NCBI GenBank assembly: GCA_044222475.1
Contig: JBGANF010000167.1
Location: 1-15,616, forward strand
Length of the DNA stretch: 15,616 nucleotides
Direction: 5' to 3'
Source: Polyangiaceae bacterium
GTDB lineage: Bacteria; Myxococcota_A; Polyangia; Polyangiales; Polyangiaceae
The notes beneath the pieces are model-generated. The model had not been told where the DNA came from. It saw nothing but the letters and a program-made list of their open reading frames with translations, and ran no database searches. The first letter of the stretch is position 1, and each line of letters starts with the position of its first letter. A program made the translations under genes and the position numbers. This document shows positions 13,030 to 15,616 of the stretch, piece after piece.

Positions 13030-14319
13030 ATGTCGAACAAGCGCTCGAAAGTCGCGATCGTCCGTACCTCGCCGGCCACGGTGCTCGCGGACTACCACCG
13101 CGTGATGAACCTCGCCGGCTACCAAGACGTGGTCGCGAAGGACGCCGACACCGCGCTCAAGGTGAACATCTCCTGGCACTTCTTCTACCCCGCGTCGTCG
13201 ACCACGCCTTGGCAGCTCGAAGGCGTCATCGGTGCGATGAAGAAGGACGGCTACAAGGACGACCTCATCCACGCGTGCCACAACCGCACCGTCGTCATCG
13301 ACGCGCACCTCGGTGAGCGCGAGAACAAGCAGATCGACGTCGTCAAAGCGCACGGGCTCCGCAACGTGCACCTCTACGAGGGCGAGGAGTGGATCGACGT
13401 CCGCGATGCCGTCGGCGACCTCACGAAGAAGTTCCTCTGCCTGAACGAGGTCTACCCCAAGGGCTTCAGCATCCCGAAGCGCTTCATCGGCGAGAACATC
13501 ATCCACCTGCCGACGATCAAGACGCACATCTTCACGACGACCACCGGCGCCATGAAGAACGCGTTCGGCGGCCTCCTCAACGAGCACCGTCACTGGACGC
13601 ACCCCGTCATCCACGAGACGCTCGTGGACCTTCTGATGATCCAGAAGAAGATCCACCGCGGCGTCTTCGCGGTGATGGACGGCACGTTCGCCGGAGACGG
13701 CCCGGGCCCTCGCTGCATGATGCCTCACGTGAAGAACGTGCTCCTGGCGAGCTCGGATCAGGTCGCGATCGACGCGGTCGCCGCGAAGCTCATGGGCTTC
13801 GACCCGATGCGCGATCTGAAGTTCGTTCGCTTGGCGCACGAGCAGGGTCTCGGCGTGGGCGATCCGCGCGACATCGAGCTCGTCGGCGACGTCGACGCCG
13901 GCAACGAGAACTGGAATTTCGAAGGTCCGTTCAAGAACATGACGTTCGCTTCGAAGAACCAGCACCGCATCTACTGGGGTCCGCTCAAGAAGCCGATCGA
14001 GTGGTCGCTCAAGACGTGGCTCGCGCCGTGGGCGTACGTCGCCTCGGTCACCTACCACGACATGTTCTGGTACCCGTTCAAGGGCAAGCCGCACATCCAG
14101 AAGGCGCTCGAGAGCGAGTGGGGCCGCCTCTTCGCGAACTGGGGCAACGTCCCCAAGACCGAGAAGGGCTTCCCCGAGGTGGGTGAGGCTCATCCCGAAT
14201 TGGTACGAATGGGCCTCAAGCACTTCGCGGAGGGGTCACGCCTCGTCGCGATGGCAGTCGCCGAGTCGCCCGAGATGAAAGCCCGCCAACGGCGCCGCGA
14301 AATCGAAAGCCGTCACTGA
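13030..14319 (+). CDS. DUF362-domain protein (429 aa)
   Basis: ALKVNI, STTP, IHLPTIKTHIFTTTTGAMKNAFG, VMDGTFAGDGPGP, LASSDQVAIDAVAAKLMGFDP, AHEQGLG are DUF362 signatures; strong G/C third-position bias. Confidence 0.92.
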   Translation: MSNKRSKVAIVRTSPATVLADYHRVMNLAGYQDVVAKDADTALKVNISWHFFYPASSTTPWQLEGVIGAMKKDGYKDDLIHACHNRTVVIDAHLGERENKQIDVVKAHGLRNVHLYEGEEWIDVRDAVGDLTKKFLCLNEVYPKGFSIPKRFIGENIIHLPTIKTHIFTTTTGAMKNAFGGLLNEHRHWTHPVIHETLVDLLMIQKKIHRGVFAVMDGTFAGDGPGPRCMMPHVKNVLLASSDQVAIDAVAAKLMGFDPMRDLKFVRLAHEQGLGVGDPRDIELVGDVDAGNENWNFEGPFKNMTFASKNQHRIYWGPLKKPIEWSLKTWLAPWAYVASVTYHDMFWYPFKGKPHIQKALESEWGRLFANWGNVPKTEKGFPEVGEAHPELVRMGLKHFAEGSRLVAMAVAESPEMKARQRRREIESRH

Positions 14320-14332
14320 CGGCGAGCGTCGC

Positions 14333-15262
14333 TCACCACCGAAGCGGTGCAGAGATCTGGCCAGGGGTGAACCCCTCGCCTTGATCGGGCGCGCGCTCGG
14401 TCAGCAACGCCACGGTGATGCCGACCGCCGCGCCGACGACGACGACCCCGACGACGGTCCAGAACCACGGTGAGCGCAGGACCGACGCCTTTCGGTCGAG
14501 CGTGACGGTGACGTCTCGGGTGGCACCCGCCGCGACGACCGCTTGGGTCGGCGTGTCGAGATACCCGTCTGCGGTGGCCATCACCTGATGAGTGCCCGCG
14601 GGGAGCACACCTTCGGTCGGTGCGCGCCCGAACGGCTTCCCATCCACGTTGATGAGCGCCCCGGTGGGGATGCTCGTGATCGCGAGGATCCCGTTGCTCG
14701 CCTTCGGCTGGAGCACGGCGTCGAGCGTCGTCGATCCGCCACCCTTCATCTCGATGTCGCGTTTGTACGGATACTGACCCTCGGCGATGATCTCGACGGT
14801 GACCTTGCCCGCGTTGAGCCGCGTCGGCGCGAGCGGCGTGACGCCGAGCTCCTTTCCGGCGACGAGGACGCGCGCGCCTGCGACGTTGCATGTGAGCTCG
14901 AAGGTCGTGATCTTGTTGCGCAGCTCGAGGAGCAGATCGGTCAGGCGCGGGACTCGACCGCGCAGCTCGGGCGATGCCGTGTTCGAGAACTTCTCGAGGT
15001 CGACGAACGCGTCGGGGTACTCGCCCCGAGCTTCGTGGGCTCGGCTCCGGTTGTAGAGGAGCGCCGGGTCGGGGAACACTTCGTACGCCTGCGTGTAGAT
15101 GGCGATCGCGTCGTCGTAGTGACGCTGATCCATCGCTACATCCGCCCGCGACTTCAGCTCGGCGGCGCGCGCTTCCGGCGTCGGCTCGGGGGGAGGAGCG
15201 GCGAACGCCGGCACGGCGACGAGCAGAAGGGCGAAGAGGACGAAGAAGAAGCGGTGAATCAT
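14333..15262 (-). CDS. TPR plus tandem PEGA-domain protein with signal peptide and C-terminal TM
   Basis: Signal peptide ending VPAFA; TPR YDDAIAIYTQAYEVFPDPALLYNRSRAHEARGEY; PEGA repeats NVAGARVLVAGKELGVTPL and SIPTGALINVDGKPFGRAP; TM SPWFWTVVGVVVVGAAVGITVAL. Confidence 0.9.
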   Translation of the reverse strand: MIHRFFFVLFALLLVAVPAFAAPPPEPTPEARAAELKSRADVAMDQRHYDDAIAIYTQAYEVFPDPALLYNRSRAHEARGEYPDAFVDLEKFSNTASPELRGRVPRLTDLLLELRNKITTFELTCNVAGARVLVAGKELGVTPLAPTRLNAGKVTVEIIAEGQYPYKRDIEMKGGGSTTLDAVLQPKASNGILAITSIPTGALINVDGKPFGRAPTEGVLPAGTHQVMATADGYLDTPTQAVVAAGATRDVTVTLDRKASVLRSPWFWTVVGVVVVGAAVGITVALLTERAPDQGEGFTPGQISAPLRW

Positions 15263-15266
15263 GGGC

Positions 15267-15616
15267 TCACAAGCGCGGAGGGTTGTCGACGGTGGGCTTC
15301 GTCGTCGCGGTCGCCGTCGAGTGTGCGGTGACGGTGGGCGTGGGTTTCGTGGTCGGCGTGGGCTTCACGGTCGCCGAAGCAGTCACCAACGGTGGCGGTG
15401 ACGATGACGCGACCGACGGGGTCACCGACGGTGCCGTCGAGGCGGCGGCAGTGCCGATCGTTGCGGTCACCGTAGTGGCGCTCGGCGCGGTCGTCGCACT
15501 GCCGCTCGCGGCCGCCGGCGTTCGAAGGGCGTACCCGGCGATGCCCACCGCTCCGAGGGCGACGACCGCGACGACGGCGACGACGATCCCCACTCGAGTC
15601 TTCGGTGCCTTGGTCT
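15267..15616 (-). CDS. C-terminal part (TM plus Pro/Ser/Thr-rich tail) of a membrane protein, probably a Ser/Thr protein kinase; start lies beyond the window
   Basis: Frame is open to the right edge (TKAPKTRVGIVVAVVAVVALGAVGIAGYAL...PTPTTKPTPT...DNPPRL*), ending 4 bp before the TPR-PEGA gene. The kinase domain itself is not visible; the call rests on the common myxobacterial kinase-PEGA arrangement. Confidence 0.55.
   Translation of the reverse strand, partial: TKAPKTRVGIVVAVVAVVALGAVGIAGYALRTPAAASGSATTAPSATTVTATIGTAAASTAPSVTPSVASSSPPPLVTASATVKPTPTTKPTPTVTAHSTATATTKPTVDNPPRL

Noticed and set aside
15290..15520. Short tandem-like repeats
   Set aside because: Explained by a Pro/Thr/Ala/Ser low-complexity protein linker.

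Overview
High-GC window whose gene content (TPR-PEGA gene behind a probable Ser/Thr kinase tail, DUF6438, lipoproteins, a sigma54-activator-type HTH) points to a myxobacterium (inference). From the left: a >438-aa minus-strand gene missing from the ORF track, with two tandem arrestin-like domains; a plus-strand run of DUF4920 lipoprotein, Ycf48/BNR beta-propeller lipoprotein, DUF4328-like membrane protein and AlkD; a convergent minus-strand cluster of TetR, DUF6438, an enlarged RavA-like MoxR AAA+ ATPase (851 aa) and an enlarged ViaA-like vWA protein (819 aa); a membrane-anchored Cys-rich orphan of about 523 aa flanked on both sides by repeat DNA plus orphaned 3' gene ends (DUF1501 tail, Fis-type HTH); a DUF362 enzyme; a TPR-PEGA protein; and the tail of a probable membrane kinase. 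The best leads are the two-domain arrestin-like protein, the extended RavA/ViaA-like pair and the 17-bp inverted-repeat element next to gene remnants. No rRNA, tRNA, CRISPR array or transposase was seen. All family calls come from motif recognition by eye, not database searches.
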